Shown: piece after piece, positions 8,871 to 19,134 of the stretch
Layout of the letters: the number at the start of each line of letters is the position of its first letter
Numbering within the stretch: position 1 is the stretch's first letter
DNA from: Trueperaceae bacterium
Lineage (GTDB): Bacteria > Deinococcota > Deinococci > Deinococcales > Trueperaceae
Assembly: GCA_034521815.1 (NCBI GenBank)
Contig: JAXHLW010000013.1
Location: forward strand, 32,001-96,000
Length of the DNA stretch: 64,000 nt
Direction of reading: 5' to 3'
Translations under genes and position numbers: made by a program
Notes under the pieces: generated by a model
The model's input: the letters and a program-made list of their open reading frames with translations, nothing else
What the model was told of the DNA's origin: nothing
The model's database searches: none

Positions 8871-10442
8871 ATGTCCCTACGCCGAAGCAGCGGCATCCTG
8901 CTCCACCCGACCTCGCTTCCCGGACCGTACGGCATCGGCGAGCTGGGCTCCCACGCCCACCGCTTCGTGGACTGGCTGGCCGCTTCGGGCCAGCGCGTCT
9001 GGCAGGTCATGCCGCTCGGACCGACCGGCTACGGCGACAGTCCGTACCAGTGCTTCAGCGCGTACGCCGGCAATCCGTACCTGATCTCGCTGGAGCGGCT
9101 GGCGCAGGAGGGCTGGCTGACCGACGCCGACCTGGCGGAGGGGCGCGACCTGCCGGACGCGCGCGTCGACTACGGCGCGGTCATCCCGTTCAAGGTCGAG
9201 ATGCTGAGCCGGGCCGAGCGGCGCTTCGCAGGCGAAGCGGACGCCGACACGCGCGAGGCGTTCGCCGCGTTCGAGCGCGACCACGCCGAGTGGCTGGACG
9301 ACTACGCCTTGTTCATGGCCCTCAAGGACGTCCACGGGGGGCGTCCTTGGAACGAGTGGGACGAGGGTCTGCGAGACCGGGACCCGGCTGCGTTGGACGA
9401 TGCGGTGACGCGCCATGCCGACGCGATCCGGCGGCACCGGACGTGGCAGTACTGGTTCCATCGTCAGTGGCTGGACGTCAAGGCCCACGCCAACGCGGCG
9501 GGGATCGAGGTGGTCGGGGACCTGCCGATCTTCATCGCCTACGATTCGGTCGACGCCTGGGCGAATCGCGAGCTGTTCTTCTTCGACGACGAGGGCAGGC
9601 CCACCGTCGTGGCCGGTGTTCCGCCCGACTACTTCAGCGCCACCGGACAGCGCTGGGGCAACCCGCTGTACCGCTGGAGCCGGATGAAGGCGCGCGGCTA
9701 CGCCTGGTGGATCTCGCGCTTCCGCTCGACGCTGGAGTTCGTGGACGTGATCCGAGTCGACCACTTCCGAGGATTCGAGGCGTACTGGGAGATCCCCGCG
9801 AGCGAGCCCACCGCCGTCGAAGGCCGCTGGGTGCGGGGTCCCGGACAGCCGTTCTTCGACGCGGTTCAGGAGGCGCTGGGCGAGCTGCCGATCATCGCCG
9901 AGGACCTCGGCGTGATCACGCCCGCCGTCGAGCAGCTGCGCGACGCGAACGGTCTACCCGGCATGAAGGTGCTGCAGTTCGCGTTCGCCGGGGACGCCAG
10001 CGATCCGTACCTTCCGCACAACTACGGATCCGATTTCGTCGTCTATACCGGAACGCACGACAACGACACGACGCGAGGCTGGTACGAGACGGCTCCGGAA
10101 TCCGAGCGCGACCACGTGCGGCGCTACCTGGCGCGGAGCGACGCGAACATCGCGTTCGAGCTCATCCGCTTGGCGCAGGCCAGCGTCGCCGACCTCGCCG
10201 TCTACCCGCTGCAGGACACGCTGAGCCTGGGGAGCGAGGCACGCATGAACACGCCCGGCAAGCCGTCGGGCAACTGGACCTGGCGGTTCGCGTGGGACGA
10301 CCTGCCCGACTGGCTGCCGTCGCATCTGAACGAGATGGCCCGCCTGTACGGTCGATCGGGGCTGGCCGAGGCCACCGACACGCCCTACCGCCAGTCCGTC
10401 ACGACGAAGGACGTCGAGGACGACCGGTCCGAACCGACCTGA
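8871..10442 (+). CDS. malQ: 4-alpha-glucanotransferase (amylomaltase, GH77)
   Basis: GILLHPTSL, GDLPIF, GVPPDYFS.TGQ.WGNP, RVDHFRGF, AEDLG, TGTHDNDT. Confidence 0.96.
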   Translation: MSLRRSSGILLHPTSLPGPYGIGELGSHAHRFVDWLAASGQRVWQVMPLGPTGYGDSPYQCFSAYAGNPYLISLERLAQEGWLTDADLAEGRDLPDARVDYGAVIPFKVEMLSRAERRFAGEADADTREAFAAFERDHAEWLDDYALFMALKDVHGGRPWNEWDEGLRDRDPAALDDAVTRHADAIRRHRTWQYWFHRQWLDVKAHANAAGIEVVGDLPIFIAYDSVDAWANRELFFFDDEGRPTVVAGVPPDYFSATGQRWGNPLYRWSRMKARGYAWWISRFRSTLEFVDVIRVDHFRGFEAYWEIPASEPTAVEGRWVRGPGQPFFDAVQEALGELPIIAEDLGVITPAVEQLRDANGLPGMKVLQFAFAGDASDPYLPHNYGSDFVVYTGTHDNDTTRGWYETAPESERDHVRRYLARSDANIAFELIRLAQASVADLAVYPLQDTLSLGSEARMNTPGKPSGNWTWRFAWDDLPDWLPSHLNEMARLYGRSGLAEATDTPYRQSVTTKDVEDDRSEPT

Positions 10443-10469
10443 GATCTCCTGACGCGTCCGGTGCGGCGC

Positions 10470-12146
10470 TCACGAACCCGAGCCGGGCTCGAAGCCGGGC
10501 TCGAAGCCCGGCGGCGTCCGCAGCGGTCCGCGAAGGCGCTGCACGGCGTGGCCCAGCGTCAGCGCCTGGTGCTCGAAGAACGGCCGCGCCAGGATCGCGA
10601 CGTTGCCCAACGGTCGGCCGTTCTCCTGCTCCCCGCAAGGAAGCGACAGCGCCGGAGCGCCCGCGGCGTTGCCGAACAGCATGGCGTCGGCGTGCGCCCC
10701 CGGCGTGACGATCAGGTCGACCCGGCCGAACAGCTCCGCCATCGCCGCGCTCACGACACGCTGCAGGCGCTGCGCCTGGACGTAGTCCACGCCCGAGACG
10801 AACCGTGCCGCCCGCAGCAACGTCGGCCAAGACGCCTCGTCCTGACGCACCAGCACGTCGGCGTCAGCGCCGCGGATCAGCTCGTCGAACGCGGCGGCGG
10901 CCTCGACCATGAGCAGCGTCATGATCGGCTCGGTGGGGAGGTCGGGAAGCTCGACCGTCGTGGCCCGGTTGCCGAGACTCTGGAGCGCGCCTAGGAACGC
11001 GTCCATCGTCGCCGTCGGCTCGTTCAGAGCGGCGGACGGAATCCCGACGCGCAGCTTCGACGGGTCGCTCGACGGGTCCCACGGGAACGGCGCCTCGCGC
11101 GTGCTGGCGTCGCGAGCGTCGAGACCTGCGATCCCGGTCAGGACCAGGGCCGCGTCCTCGGCCGACCGGGTCAGAGGCCCCAGCTTGTCCAGATTCCACG
11201 AGAGCGCCATCGCACCGTGACGCGACACGCGGCCGAACGTGGGCCTGAGCCCCACGACGCCGCACCGGTCGGCGGGCGAGAGGATCGAGCCCATCGTCTC
11301 CGAGCCGATCGCGAAGGTGCACAGCCCGGCCGCGACGGCCGACGCCGATCCGGCGGAGGAGCCGCTCGAGCCCTGCTCGAGGTCCCAGGGGTTGCGGGTC
11401 GTGCCGCCGAACCAGACGTCGCCCATCGCCAACGCGCCCAGCGACGACTTGCCCAGCAGGACCGCGCCAGCGGCGTCCAGCCGCTCGACGACGGCGGCCG
11501 TGTCGGACAGGCGCTGCTCGCGGAAGGGAGTGGCGCCCCAGGTGGTCGGCGCGTCCGGGACCGACAGCAGGTCCTTCGCGAGGTACGGCACGCCGTGCAG
11601 AGGGCCTCGATCGATGCCGGCCGCGAGCTCCCGGTCCGCGCGGTCGGCCTCGGCCCTCGCGCGATCGGCCAGCGGCGTGACCACCGCACGCAGCTCGGGG
11701 TCCCAGCGTTCGATCCTCGTCAAGAACACCTCGGTGAGGTCGCGCGACCGTAGCTCGCCACGCCGGAACGCGGCGGCCACCTCGGCGATCGTGAGGAACG
11801 CCGCGTCCCCTGGGTGGTCGGCACGTCGGCCGAAGCTCTCGCTGGCTCCCGCAGGGGGGAGCGGCGGGGGGAGCGGGTCCTCCTCGCCGCGGGCCTCGAA
11901 CACCGACGCCGGCGCCACGCCGTTCGCGAGCCGAAGCCCGCGGATCGCGCGAACGCCACGACGGTGGCTCCGCAGCGCCTGGGGGAGGTGCTCACGACGG
12001 CGCTCGTCGAACGCCAGCATCAAGACCCGCTCGGTCGCGGCGAGGTCGGCGGCGTCGACGGTCGGGGGGTCGACCGGTAGCTCGCCCGGCTCGTTCGCGG
12101 CCGGGGCGGGGGACGGTTCGTTGCGGGGTGGGTCTCGGTCCGACAT
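10470..12146 (-). CDS. Amidase signature family protein
   Basis: GPLHGVP..AKD, GSSGSSAGS, GSETMGSI. Confidence 0.92.
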   Translation of the reverse strand: MSDRDPPRNEPSPAPAANEPGELPVDPPTVDAADLAATERVLMLAFDERRREHLPQALRSHRRGVRAIRGLRLANGVAPASVFEARGEEDPLPPPLPPAGASESFGRRADHPGDAAFLTIAEVAAAFRRGELRSRDLTEVFLTRIERWDPELRAVVTPLADRARAEADRADRELAAGIDRGPLHGVPYLAKDLLSVPDAPTTWGATPFREQRLSDTAAVVERLDAAGAVLLGKSSLGALAMGDVWFGGTTRNPWDLEQGSSGSSAGSASAVAAGLCTFAIGSETMGSILSPADRCGVVGLRPTFGRVSRHGAMALSWNLDKLGPLTRSAEDAALVLTGIAGLDARDASTREAPFPWDPSSDPSKLRVGIPSAALNEPTATMDAFLGALQSLGNRATTVELPDLPTEPIMTLLMVEAAAAFDELIRGADADVLVRQDEASWPTLLRAARFVSGVDYVQAQRLQRVVSAAMAELFGRVDLIVTPGAHADAMLFGNAAGAPALSLPCGEQENGRPLGNVAILARPFFEHQALTLGHAVQRLRGPLRTPPGFEPGFEPGSGS

Positions 12147-12260
12147 GGGCGCATCATCGCCCGTTCGAGCGGCGGGGCGGGCCACCTGGCGCGGCGCGAG
12201 GCCCGCTCCGCCGTGCTAGAACGGGCCTGGAGATCGCTTTTCTAGGAGGTGGCATCCGAG

Positions 12261-12812
12261 ATGCTGCAGCTCGACGTGGAACCGAAGGTGCCTCGCGGTC
12301 GTCGTCCCGGCGCGACGTCGCTGGCCGCGGTCGTTCTGGTCGCCGGCATGATCGCCGGGCTCATGACCGCTTGCGGACCGCTGGCGACGGGCACCGACGC
12401 CAGGTACGACTATCGCCAGGACGCGACGTACGTCGTTCCGGCTGGGGGCGTCCTCTACGTCACCGAGGAGCTGTCGCTGAGCGAGCTGGACCTGACGCCC
12501 GCCGACGTGCGGGCCGAATCGCTGAACTGGATTCCGCTGGGCATTCGCGGCGAGTCCGCCAGCGGCATCGGCTGGATCACGATCGCGCCTCCCGACGCCC
12601 CTGACGGATGGCAGGTCCGCCTGTGGCAGTCGCGCGTCGTTCGCGAGCGCCCGCTGGGCGATCCCGAGGGCCGCTACACCTACCGCATCGAGATCCATCT
12701 TCGGGTCGACGTGCCCGCGGAGGCGTACGACCTGACGCGGCGCGTGACGGCCCGGGTGATGACGCGCGACGGCGGCGAGGTGCCGCTGACGTTCCTGGTC
12801 CGAGCGGAGTAG
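12261..12812 (+). CDS. Hypothetical lipoprotein
   Basis: Hydrophobic stretch with LMTA-C lipobox; AGGAGG RBS upstream. Confidence 0.7.
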   Translation: MLQLDVEPKVPRGRRPGATSLAAVVLVAGMIAGLMTACGPLATGTDARYDYRQDATYVVPAGGVLYVTEELSLSELDLTPADVRAESLNWIPLGIRGESASGIGWITIAPPDAPDGWQVRLWQSRVVRERPLGDPEGRYTYRIEIHLRVDVPAEAYDLTRRVTARVMTRDGGEVPLTFLVRAE

Positions 12813-12863
12813 CGACGGCGACCCGCCCGGTGGTCCCCGCGCCCACCTTCGGGACCGCCGGCG

Positions 12864-13262
12864 TCACGACCCGGCGAGCTCGCTCCGAACGAGCCCGGTG
12901 ACCTGCCAGCAGGGGCGCCCGTTCTCCCGCCGGTCGTCGCGCCGTAGCGAGGCGAGGTAGCTCACGGTCGTGCCGTCCGCGGTACGGACGCGAATCGTCG
13001 CGCGGGCAGCGGCGTCCACGACCTCGATCTCGCCGACCTCGGCGGCCGCGTGGCCCAGCAGCGGCGCCCAGGCCGGGTTGCCGAAGAGGTGGGCGAGATG
13101 CGTCGCGTCGCCCGCCCCGCTCGCGAAGCGGGGGCCGGCCACGGAAAGAAGGGCCCGGGCAGGATCATGGGGACCGCCTGCCTTCGAGAACCGCACCATC
13201 AGCGCTTCGAGCAGCGCCCGGGGATCGTGATCCGGGAGCGGGGCAGGGTCGATCGTGCTCAC
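12864..13262 (-). CDS. Hypothetical protein (DUF4864-like, tentative)
   Basis: GTG start overlaps the permease stop; NPAWAPLLGH and C-terminal CWQVTGL resemble DUF4864-type proteins. Confidence 0.55.
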   Translation of the reverse strand: MSTIDPAPLPDHDPRALLEALMVRFSKAGGPHDPARALLSVAGPRFASGAGDATHLAHLFGNPAWAPLLGHAAAEVGEIEVVDAAARATIRVRTADGTTVSYLASLRRDDRRENGRPCWQVTGLVRSELAGS

Positions 13263-14122
13263 AGCTCTCGCGTCAGCCGCTCGCGCGAGAAGCCTCGGAA
13301 CGCGACGACCAGGAGCACGGCGTCCAGCAGCCACAGCACCGCGCCCACCAGCGTCAACAGCCGCACGTCCAGGACCACGACGCCCGCCGCTTGCGCGACC
13401 ACCAACGCGACGATCGGGATCACGACCACGCCCCCGAGCTGGTACGCCTCCTGGAACGTGCCGACGCGGGCAGAGATCAGCACCGTCGCGCCCAGGCCGG
13501 CCAAGGCCACGGCGGGTCCGACCCACAGCGCCAGGGGGATCCACACCCCGGCCGGCAGGAACGGGCCCCCGACCAGCGGCCAGGCCGCCACCGTCACGAT
13601 CGCGGCGTAGAGCGCGGTGCCCAGGACGCCGATGGCGACGGCGGGAAGCCAGGCCGCCAGCAGCTTGCCGAGGAACAGGTCGCGCTCGCGAAGGGGTGCG
13701 TGAAGCAGCGCTTCGAGCGTTCCACGCTCCTTCTCGCCCGCGAACGCGTCGGCCGCGACGACGCTGGCCACCATGAGCGGCACGATGAGGTAGAGCGGGG
13801 CGATCAGGTAGCCGAGCATCAGCGTGACCATCCGCGCGGCCGGCTCCATGCCCTCGAGCTCGGTCCGGAGCGCGTCGGGTAGGGCCGCGAACAGCCGTTC
13901 GAGCTCGGCGAGCTCGTTCGCGATCATCGGACCGCCCACCCGCGCCGCGATGATCATGGCGATCGGAAGGACGACGTAGATGATCGCGGGAACGATCGCC
14001 AGCGGGATGAGCACGGCGGGGGTTCGGACGACGACGCCGAGGTCCTTGCGCACCAGCGCCTCGATCGCGCGGAGATTCAGCGGCTCGCTCGCGCGTCGTG
14101 CGTTCGCGCGTCGAGCGCTCAT
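13259..14122 (-). CDS. ABC-2 type exporter permease
   Basis: AFAGEKERGTLEALL..P....LFLGKL motif; about 6 TM segments. Confidence 0.88.
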   Translation of the reverse strand: MSARRANARRASEPLNLRAIEALVRKDLGVVVRTPAVLIPLAIVPAIIYVVLPIAMIIAARVGGPMIANELAELERLFAALPDALRTELEGMEPAARMVTLMLGYLIAPLYLIVPLMVASVVAADAFAGEKERGTLEALLHAPLRERDLFLGKLLAAWLPAVAIGVLGTALYAAIVTVAAWPLVGGPFLPAGVWIPLALWVGPAVALAGLGATVLISARVGTFQEAYQLGGVVVIPIVALVVAQAAGVVVLDVRLLTLVGAVLWLLDAVLLVVAFRGFSRERLTREL

Positions 14123-15102
14123 GGCGCTCCTCCGTACACCGCGAGGTAGACGTCTTCGAGCGACGCGTCGGCGGGGTCCAGACGGATCAGCGAGATCCCG
14201 GCGTCCAGGAGCACGCGCGCGACGTCGGGAGCGCGGTCGCGCCCGGCGGCAGCGACGTGCAGCCGGCTCGTCTCGGGAGGGACCGCCTCCTCGCCCTCGC
14301 TCGGACCGGCCAGCACGAAGCCGTGATCCGCCAGTGCGGCACGGGCGTCGTCCGCCTGCGCCTCGGGCACCTCGACCTCGAGGCGCGCAGCGCCGTAGCG
14401 GGTCGCGAGCTCCCCCGGCGTCCCGAGCGCGGCGAGCTCGCCTTCGCGAAGCACGGCGACCCGGTCGGCCAGCCGCTGCGCCTCGCCCAGGTCGTGCGTG
14501 CAGATCAGCACGGTGCGCCCCTGTCCAGCGGCGAGGTCGGCGATCCAGCTCCGAAGCTCGCGGGCCGCCAGCGGATCGAGCCCGGCGCTGGGCTCGTCCA
14601 GGAAGTAGAGGTCCGGCTCGTGCAACGCGCAGCGGGCCAGCGCCAGGCGCTGCATCATCCCCTTGCTGTACGACCCGACGCGGTCGTTCGCGCGTTCCAC
14701 CAGCCCGAAACGGTCCAACACCGCGTCGATTCGCGACGCCTCGCTCTCGCGAGGGACGCCGTACAGCGCGGCGTAGAGGCGTAGGTTGGCGCGGGCGGTC
14801 AGGCGAGGATCGAGCGAGGGGCGCTCGGTGGCGATGCCGGTCCGTGCGCGGAGGCGCGTCCCTTGCGTCCACGGGTCGAGACCCAGGACGCGTGCCTCCC
14901 CGCGGTCCGGGGTCAGCACGCCGTTCAGGAGGCGCACCGTCGTGGTCTTGCCCGCGCCGTTGTGGCCCAGCAGCGCCACGATCTCGCCGTGCGCCACCTC
15001 GAGATCCAGGCCGACCAGCGCGGGCCGGCCGCCGTAGTCCTTACCGAGCCCGCGAACCCGCAGGGCGGGTTCGCGCGGCTCGGAATCGCGCATGCGGGGC
15101 AT
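14119..15102 (-). CDS. ABC exporter ATP-binding protein
   Basis: GHNGAGKTT, YSKGMMQR, FLDEPSAGLDP. Confidence 0.93.
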   Translation of the reverse strand: MPRMRDSEPREPALRVRGLGKDYGGRPALVGLDLEVAHGEIVALLGHNGAGKTTTVRLLNGVLTPDRGEARVLGLDPWTQGTRLRARTGIATERPSLDPRLTARANLRLYAALYGVPRESEASRIDAVLDRFGLVERANDRVGSYSKGMMQRLALARCALHEPDLYFLDEPSAGLDPLAARELRSWIADLAAGQGRTVLICTHDLGEAQRLADRVAVLREGELAALGTPGELATRYGAARLEVEVPEAQADDARAALADHGFVLAGPSEGEEAVPPETSRLHVAAAGRDRAPDVARVLLDAGISLIRLDPADASLEDVYLAVYGGAP

Positions 15103-15118
15103 GCTCGGTGGGCGGCCC

Positions 15119-16555
15119 TCAGCCCCCGAGGCCCATCGAGACGTACTTGATCTCGAGGTACTCGTCCAGCCCCCACGGGCCGCCCTCGCGTCCGACGCCG
15201 CTCTGCTTCATCCCGCCGAACGGGGCGTGCGGCGCGCTGGGGACGCCGTCGTTCACGCCGACGATGCCGTAGTCCAGCGCCTCGGCCACGCGCCAGGCGC
15301 GTCCCAGGTCGTTCGTGTACAGGTACGAGGCCAGGCCGAACGGCGTGTCGTTCGCCAGCTCGATCGCCTCCGCCTCGCTGCTGAACGTCAGGATCGGCGC
15401 GACCGGGCCGAACGTCTCTTCGCTCATCAGCTTCATGTCGGCCGTGACGCCGGTCAGCACGGTCGGCAGGTAGAACAGGCCGCCGGTCGCCTCTCCGCCC
15501 AGCTCGATCCGGGCGCCGCGCCGCACGGCGTCGGCCACGTGCTCGCGGACCTTGTCCAGACCGTCCGCGTCGACCAGCGGCCCCACGTCGGTGGCGTCGT
15601 CGTTCGGGTCGCCGACATTCAGGCCGCGGACGGCCTCGACGTACTTGCGCGTGAACGCCTCGGCGATCTCTTCTTGAACGTAGATGCGGTTCGTGCAGAC
15701 GCAGGTCTGGCCGGCGTTGCGGAACTTGCAGGCGATCGTCGCCGCGACCGCCTGGTCCAGATCGGCGTCGGCGAACACCAGGAACGGGGCGTGCCCGCCG
15801 AGCTCCAGGCTGAGCTTCTTGATCGTCTCGGCGCTCTGCTTGTAGAGGATCCGGCCCACCTCGGTGCTGCCGGTGAAGGTGACCTTGCGGATGCGCGGGT
15901 CGGCCATCAACGGCTCGGTGAGCGGGCCGGGGTCGTTCGTGGGCAGGACCTGCAGCGTGCCGGCCGGTCCGCCCGCCTCCAGCCAGAGGCGCGCCATCAG
16001 CAGCGCCGTGAGCGGCGTCTGCTCGGCGGGCTTGAGGATGAACGTGCAACCGGCGGCCAGCGCGGGCGCGGCCTTGCGCGTCACCATCGCCGCGGGGAAG
16101 TTCCAGGGCGTGACGGCGTACGCCGGCCCGACCGGCTGCCGCAGCGCCAAGCCGCGCTTGCCGCTGGAGGTGGTGGGGAACACCTCGCCGTACGCCCGGG
16201 GAGCCTGCTCGGCGTACCAGCGGACGAACCCGGCGGAGTACGCCACCTCGCCGCGCGCCTCCTTGATCGGCTTGCCCATCTCGCGGGTCATCGTGCGGGC
16301 CAGCGACTCCTGGTTCTCCATGATCAGGTCGTGCCAGCGACGGAGCACGTCGGCGCGCTCGAACGCGGTGGTCCCGCGCCACGTCTCGAAGGCGGTCCAG
16401 GCGACGTCGGCCGCCTCGCGGGCCTCGGCCGGGCCGCAGTCGGCGACGTCGGCGAGGACCTCGTCGTCCAAGGGACCGCGCACCTCGTAGGTGGCGTCGG
16501 CCTCGTGCCAGGTGTCGGTCAGGTAGCTTCGGCGGACGGTGCCTATGGGGTCCAT
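15119..16555 (-). CDS. gabD: NAD(P)-dependent succinate-semialdehyde dehydrogenase
   Basis: TPWNFP, FTGSTEVG, LELGG, KFRNAGQTCVC, EETFGP. Confidence 0.9.
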   Translation of the reverse strand: MDPIGTVRRSYLTDTWHEADATYEVRGPLDDEVLADVADCGPAEAREAADVAWTAFETWRGTTAFERADVLRRWHDLIMENQESLARTMTREMGKPIKEARGEVAYSAGFVRWYAEQAPRAYGEVFPTTSSGKRGLALRQPVGPAYAVTPWNFPAAMVTRKAAPALAAGCTFILKPAEQTPLTALLMARLWLEAGGPAGTLQVLPTNDPGPLTEPLMADPRIRKVTFTGSTEVGRILYKQSAETIKKLSLELGGHAPFLVFADADLDQAVAATIACKFRNAGQTCVCTNRIYVQEEIAEAFTRKYVEAVRGLNVGDPNDDATDVGPLVDADGLDKVREHVADAVRRGARIELGGEATGGLFYLPTVLTGVTADMKLMSEETFGPVAPILTFSSEAEAIELANDTPFGLASYLYTNDLGRAWRVAEALDYGIVGVNDGVPSAPHAPFGGMKQSGVGREGGPWGLDEYLEIKYVSMGLGG

Positions 16556-16586
16556 GCCGGCAGCATAGCGCAGGGCGCGGAGCCGC

Positions 16587-18089
16587 TCAGGCGGCGCTTT
16601 CGCGGATCAGGTCCTCGGCGATCTTCGAGCTCGACAGCACGCCCGGCAGCCCGCCGCCGGGATGGGTGCCCGCCCCCACGAAGTACAGGTTCGGCATCTC
16701 CTCGCTACGGTTGTGCGGCCTGAACCAGGCGGACTGCGTCAGCTTGGGCTCGAACGCGAACGCCGAGCCGCGGAAGCTGCGGAGCTCGCCCTGGAAGTGC
16801 AGCGGGTCGATGTGCATCTCGGTGACCAGGTGCTCCTTGAGCCCGGGCAGGTAGCGCTCGTCCAGGAAGTCGACGATCGCGTCGCGGTACGGCTTGGCCT
16901 GTTCGCGCCAGTCGATCCCGCTCTTCAGGTTCGGGACGGGGGAGAGGACGTAGAACGACTCGTGCCCCTCGGGCGCCATGCTCGGATCGGTGTAGCTGGG
17001 CATGTGCAGGTACAGGCTGAAGTCGTCCGCGACGCGGCCGTCGTTCTTGAAGATGTCCTTCAGCAGGCCTTCGTAGCGCGGGCCCAGGATGATGTTGTGG
17101 TGCTTCAGCAGCCCCTCGTGGCGGTACTGCTTGTCCGTCCCGAAGTAGAGGACGAACAGGCCCATCGCGTACGACATGCGCTCCAGCTTGGCGTCGGTGT
17201 ACTTCTTGCGGTGCTGCGGCGCGATCATCTTCATGTAGGTCGTCGCCACGTCGGCGTTCGACACCACGATGTCGGCCTGGACGACCTCGCCGTTCTCGAG
17301 GCGGACGCCGCGAGCCCGCCGGCCGGCGCCCTCGCCCTCGACCACGATCTCGGCGACGGGGGTGCTGGTGTGGACCCTGCCGCCGAGCTCCGTGATCAGT
17401 CGCTCGAACGCGTCGACCAGCGCTCCGGTGCCGCCCATCGCGTACCAGACGCCCCACTCCCGCTCGAGGTAATGGATCATCGCGTAGATGCTGGGCGTGT
17501 CGAACGGGTTGCCCCCCACGAGGAGCGGGTGGAAGCTGAACACCTGACGCAGGAACGGATCCTTGACGTACTGCGACACGTAGGCGTACACGCTCTTGTA
17601 GCTCTGCAGCCGGATCAGGTCGGGGGCGACCTTGACCATGTCCCACGGCGACAGGAACGGCTTGTCGGCCAGCTGGACGAACCCCTTCTGGAAGATGTCG
17701 CGGGTGGTCCGCATGAAGTTCAGGTAGCCGCGCTTGTCCTCGGGAGCCCGCTTGTGGATCTCCTGGAGGATGAACATCTCGTCGTCGTTGTAGTCGAAGT
17801 AGTCGCCGTCATGGTCGAAGATTCGGTAGAACGGATCGCACTTCGCGAAGGTGACGTAGTCCTCGCGCTTCTTGCCCGCCTTGGCCCAGATGTCGTCGAA
17901 CATCCAGGGGGCGGTGATGATGGTCGGCCCGCCATCGAACGTGAAGCCGTCCTGCTCGTACGTGTAGCCGCGGCCGCCCAGCTTGTCGCGCGCTTCGAAG
18001 ATCGTGACGTCGTGCCCGTCGGCCAGAAGCCGCGCGGCGGCGCCCAGGCCGCCGAAGCCCGATCCGATGACGATGACCTTGCGTTTCAT
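16587..18089 (-). CDS. crtI: Phytoene desaturase
   Basis: [44 protein letters not shown]; start set by TATGCT box. Confidence 0.92.
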   Translation of the reverse strand: MKRKVIVIGSGFGGLGAAARLLADGHDVTIFEARDKLGGRGYTYEQDGFTFDGGPTIITAPWMFDDIWAKAGKKREDYVTFAKCDPFYRIFDHDGDYFDYNDDEMFILQEIHKRAPEDKRGYLNFMRTTRDIFQKGFVQLADKPFLSPWDMVKVAPDLIRLQSYKSVYAYVSQYVKDPFLRQVFSFHPLLVGGNPFDTPSIYAMIHYLEREWGVWYAMGGTGALVDAFERLITELGGRVHTSTPVAEIVVEGEGAGRRARGVRLENGEVVQADIVVSNADVATTYMKMIAPQHRKKYTDAKLERMSYAMGLFVLYFGTDKQYRHEGLLKHHNIILGPRYEGLLKDIFKNDGRVADDFSLYLHMPSYTDPSMAPEGHESFYVLSPVPNLKSGIDWREQAKPYRDAIVDFLDERYLPGLKEHLVTEMHIDPLHFQGELRSFRGSAFAFEPKLTQSAWFRPHNRSEEMPNLYFVGAGTHPGGGLPGVLSSSKIAEDLIRESAA

Positions 18090-18210
18090 ACTCGGAGCAT
18101 ACCGCCGGCGATAAAGCGTCACGGTGGGCCCGGCACGGTGCGTCAACGGTGCGTCAGGCGACCCGCGGGCGTGGCGAGGCGCGCCGAGCGGACGTGTCCG
18201 GGCGCTGCGG

Positions 18211-19134
18211 TCAGGTGCCGGACGGAGCGTCCCGGTCGGTGGCGGCGTCGAACGCGAGCCGTGCGATCCGGCCGATGGTGAGCAGCCCCTCCTGCTCCCA
18301 CCGCTCCGCCCGGTCGCCCGAGTCCGCGGTCAGGACCGTCAGCGCGAACAGCGGGACGCCGTCGCCACGGCGGACGATGCCGGCGTCGTGCCACACGCCC
18401 GCGATGCAGCCGGACTTGGTCTCGAGCCGGGCGACGCGCCCCTGGGCGTCGGGAGCCTCCGGATCGATCGGCAGGGCGCGTCCGATGCCCTCGGTGTAGA
18501 TCTGCGCGGCGAGGATGGCGCGCATGCGCGCCGTGGCGCGTGGCGGCAGGAGCTCGCCGCGCTCGAGCGACAGGAACAGGCCCTGCACGTCGGCCGCGCA
18601 GGTGCGGTTCAGCGCGCCCCTGCGCTGTCGCTCGCTCTGCGCCTCGCGCGGGAGCTGCAGCTTCCCGACCAGCTCGGTGCCGGCCATGCCGGCCGAGCGG
18701 ATCCACGCCTGGATGCGGCTCGCACCGACCAGCTCGATCGCCATGTTGGCCGCGGTGTTGTCGCTGATGATGATCATCAGCGTCAGCAGGTCGTGCACGG
18801 TGGGCTCCAGCCCGGACGACAGGTGTCGCAGCACGCCGTTGCCCGCGACCTGGTCGTCGGCCTGCATCGGCACGCGTCGGCCCAGGTCCAGCCGACCGTC
18901 TTCGGCGTCCTGCAACGCGCACGCCAGGATCGGGAGCTTGATCAGGCTGGCCGACGGCATCGGCGCGCCTATGTCGATCGCGATCGTGCCCTGCCCGGCG
19001 GCCGCGGCGCCCCCTAGACCCTGGTACGCCACCGAGACCCGACCGGAGAACGTCGCGATCTCGGTGGCGATCGCGGGCCGCAGGGCGTCGGAGGCGCCGT
19101 TCACCGTTCCGTCGTTCACCGTTCCGTCGCTCAT
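18211..19134 (-). CDS. Serine hydrolase, class A beta-lactamase/PBP-like fold
   Basis: SLIK (SxxK), SDN and KSG motifs; no signal peptide seen. Confidence 0.85.
   Translation of the reverse strand: MSDGTVNDGTVNGASDALRPAIATEIATFSGRVSVAYQGLGGAAAAGQGTIAIDIGAPMPSASLIKLPILACALQDAEDGRLDLGRRVPMQADDQVAGNGVLRHLSSGLEPTVHDLLTLMIIISDNTAANMAIELVGASRIQAWIRSAGMAGTELVGKLQLPREAQSERQRRGALNRTCAADVQGLFLSLERGELLPPRATARMRAILAAQIYTEGIGRALPIDPEAPDAQGRVARLETKSGCIAGVWHDAGIVRRGDGVPLFALTVLTADSGDRAERWEQEGLLTIGRIARLAFDAATDRDAPSGT

Noticed and set aside
16587..18089. Carotenoid biosynthetic cluster
   Set aside because: Only crtI is present; no crtB or crtE nearby.
18211..19134. Bona fide beta-lactam resistance gene
   Set aside because: No signal peptide and no apparent Glu166 motif; the fold alone does not imply resistance.
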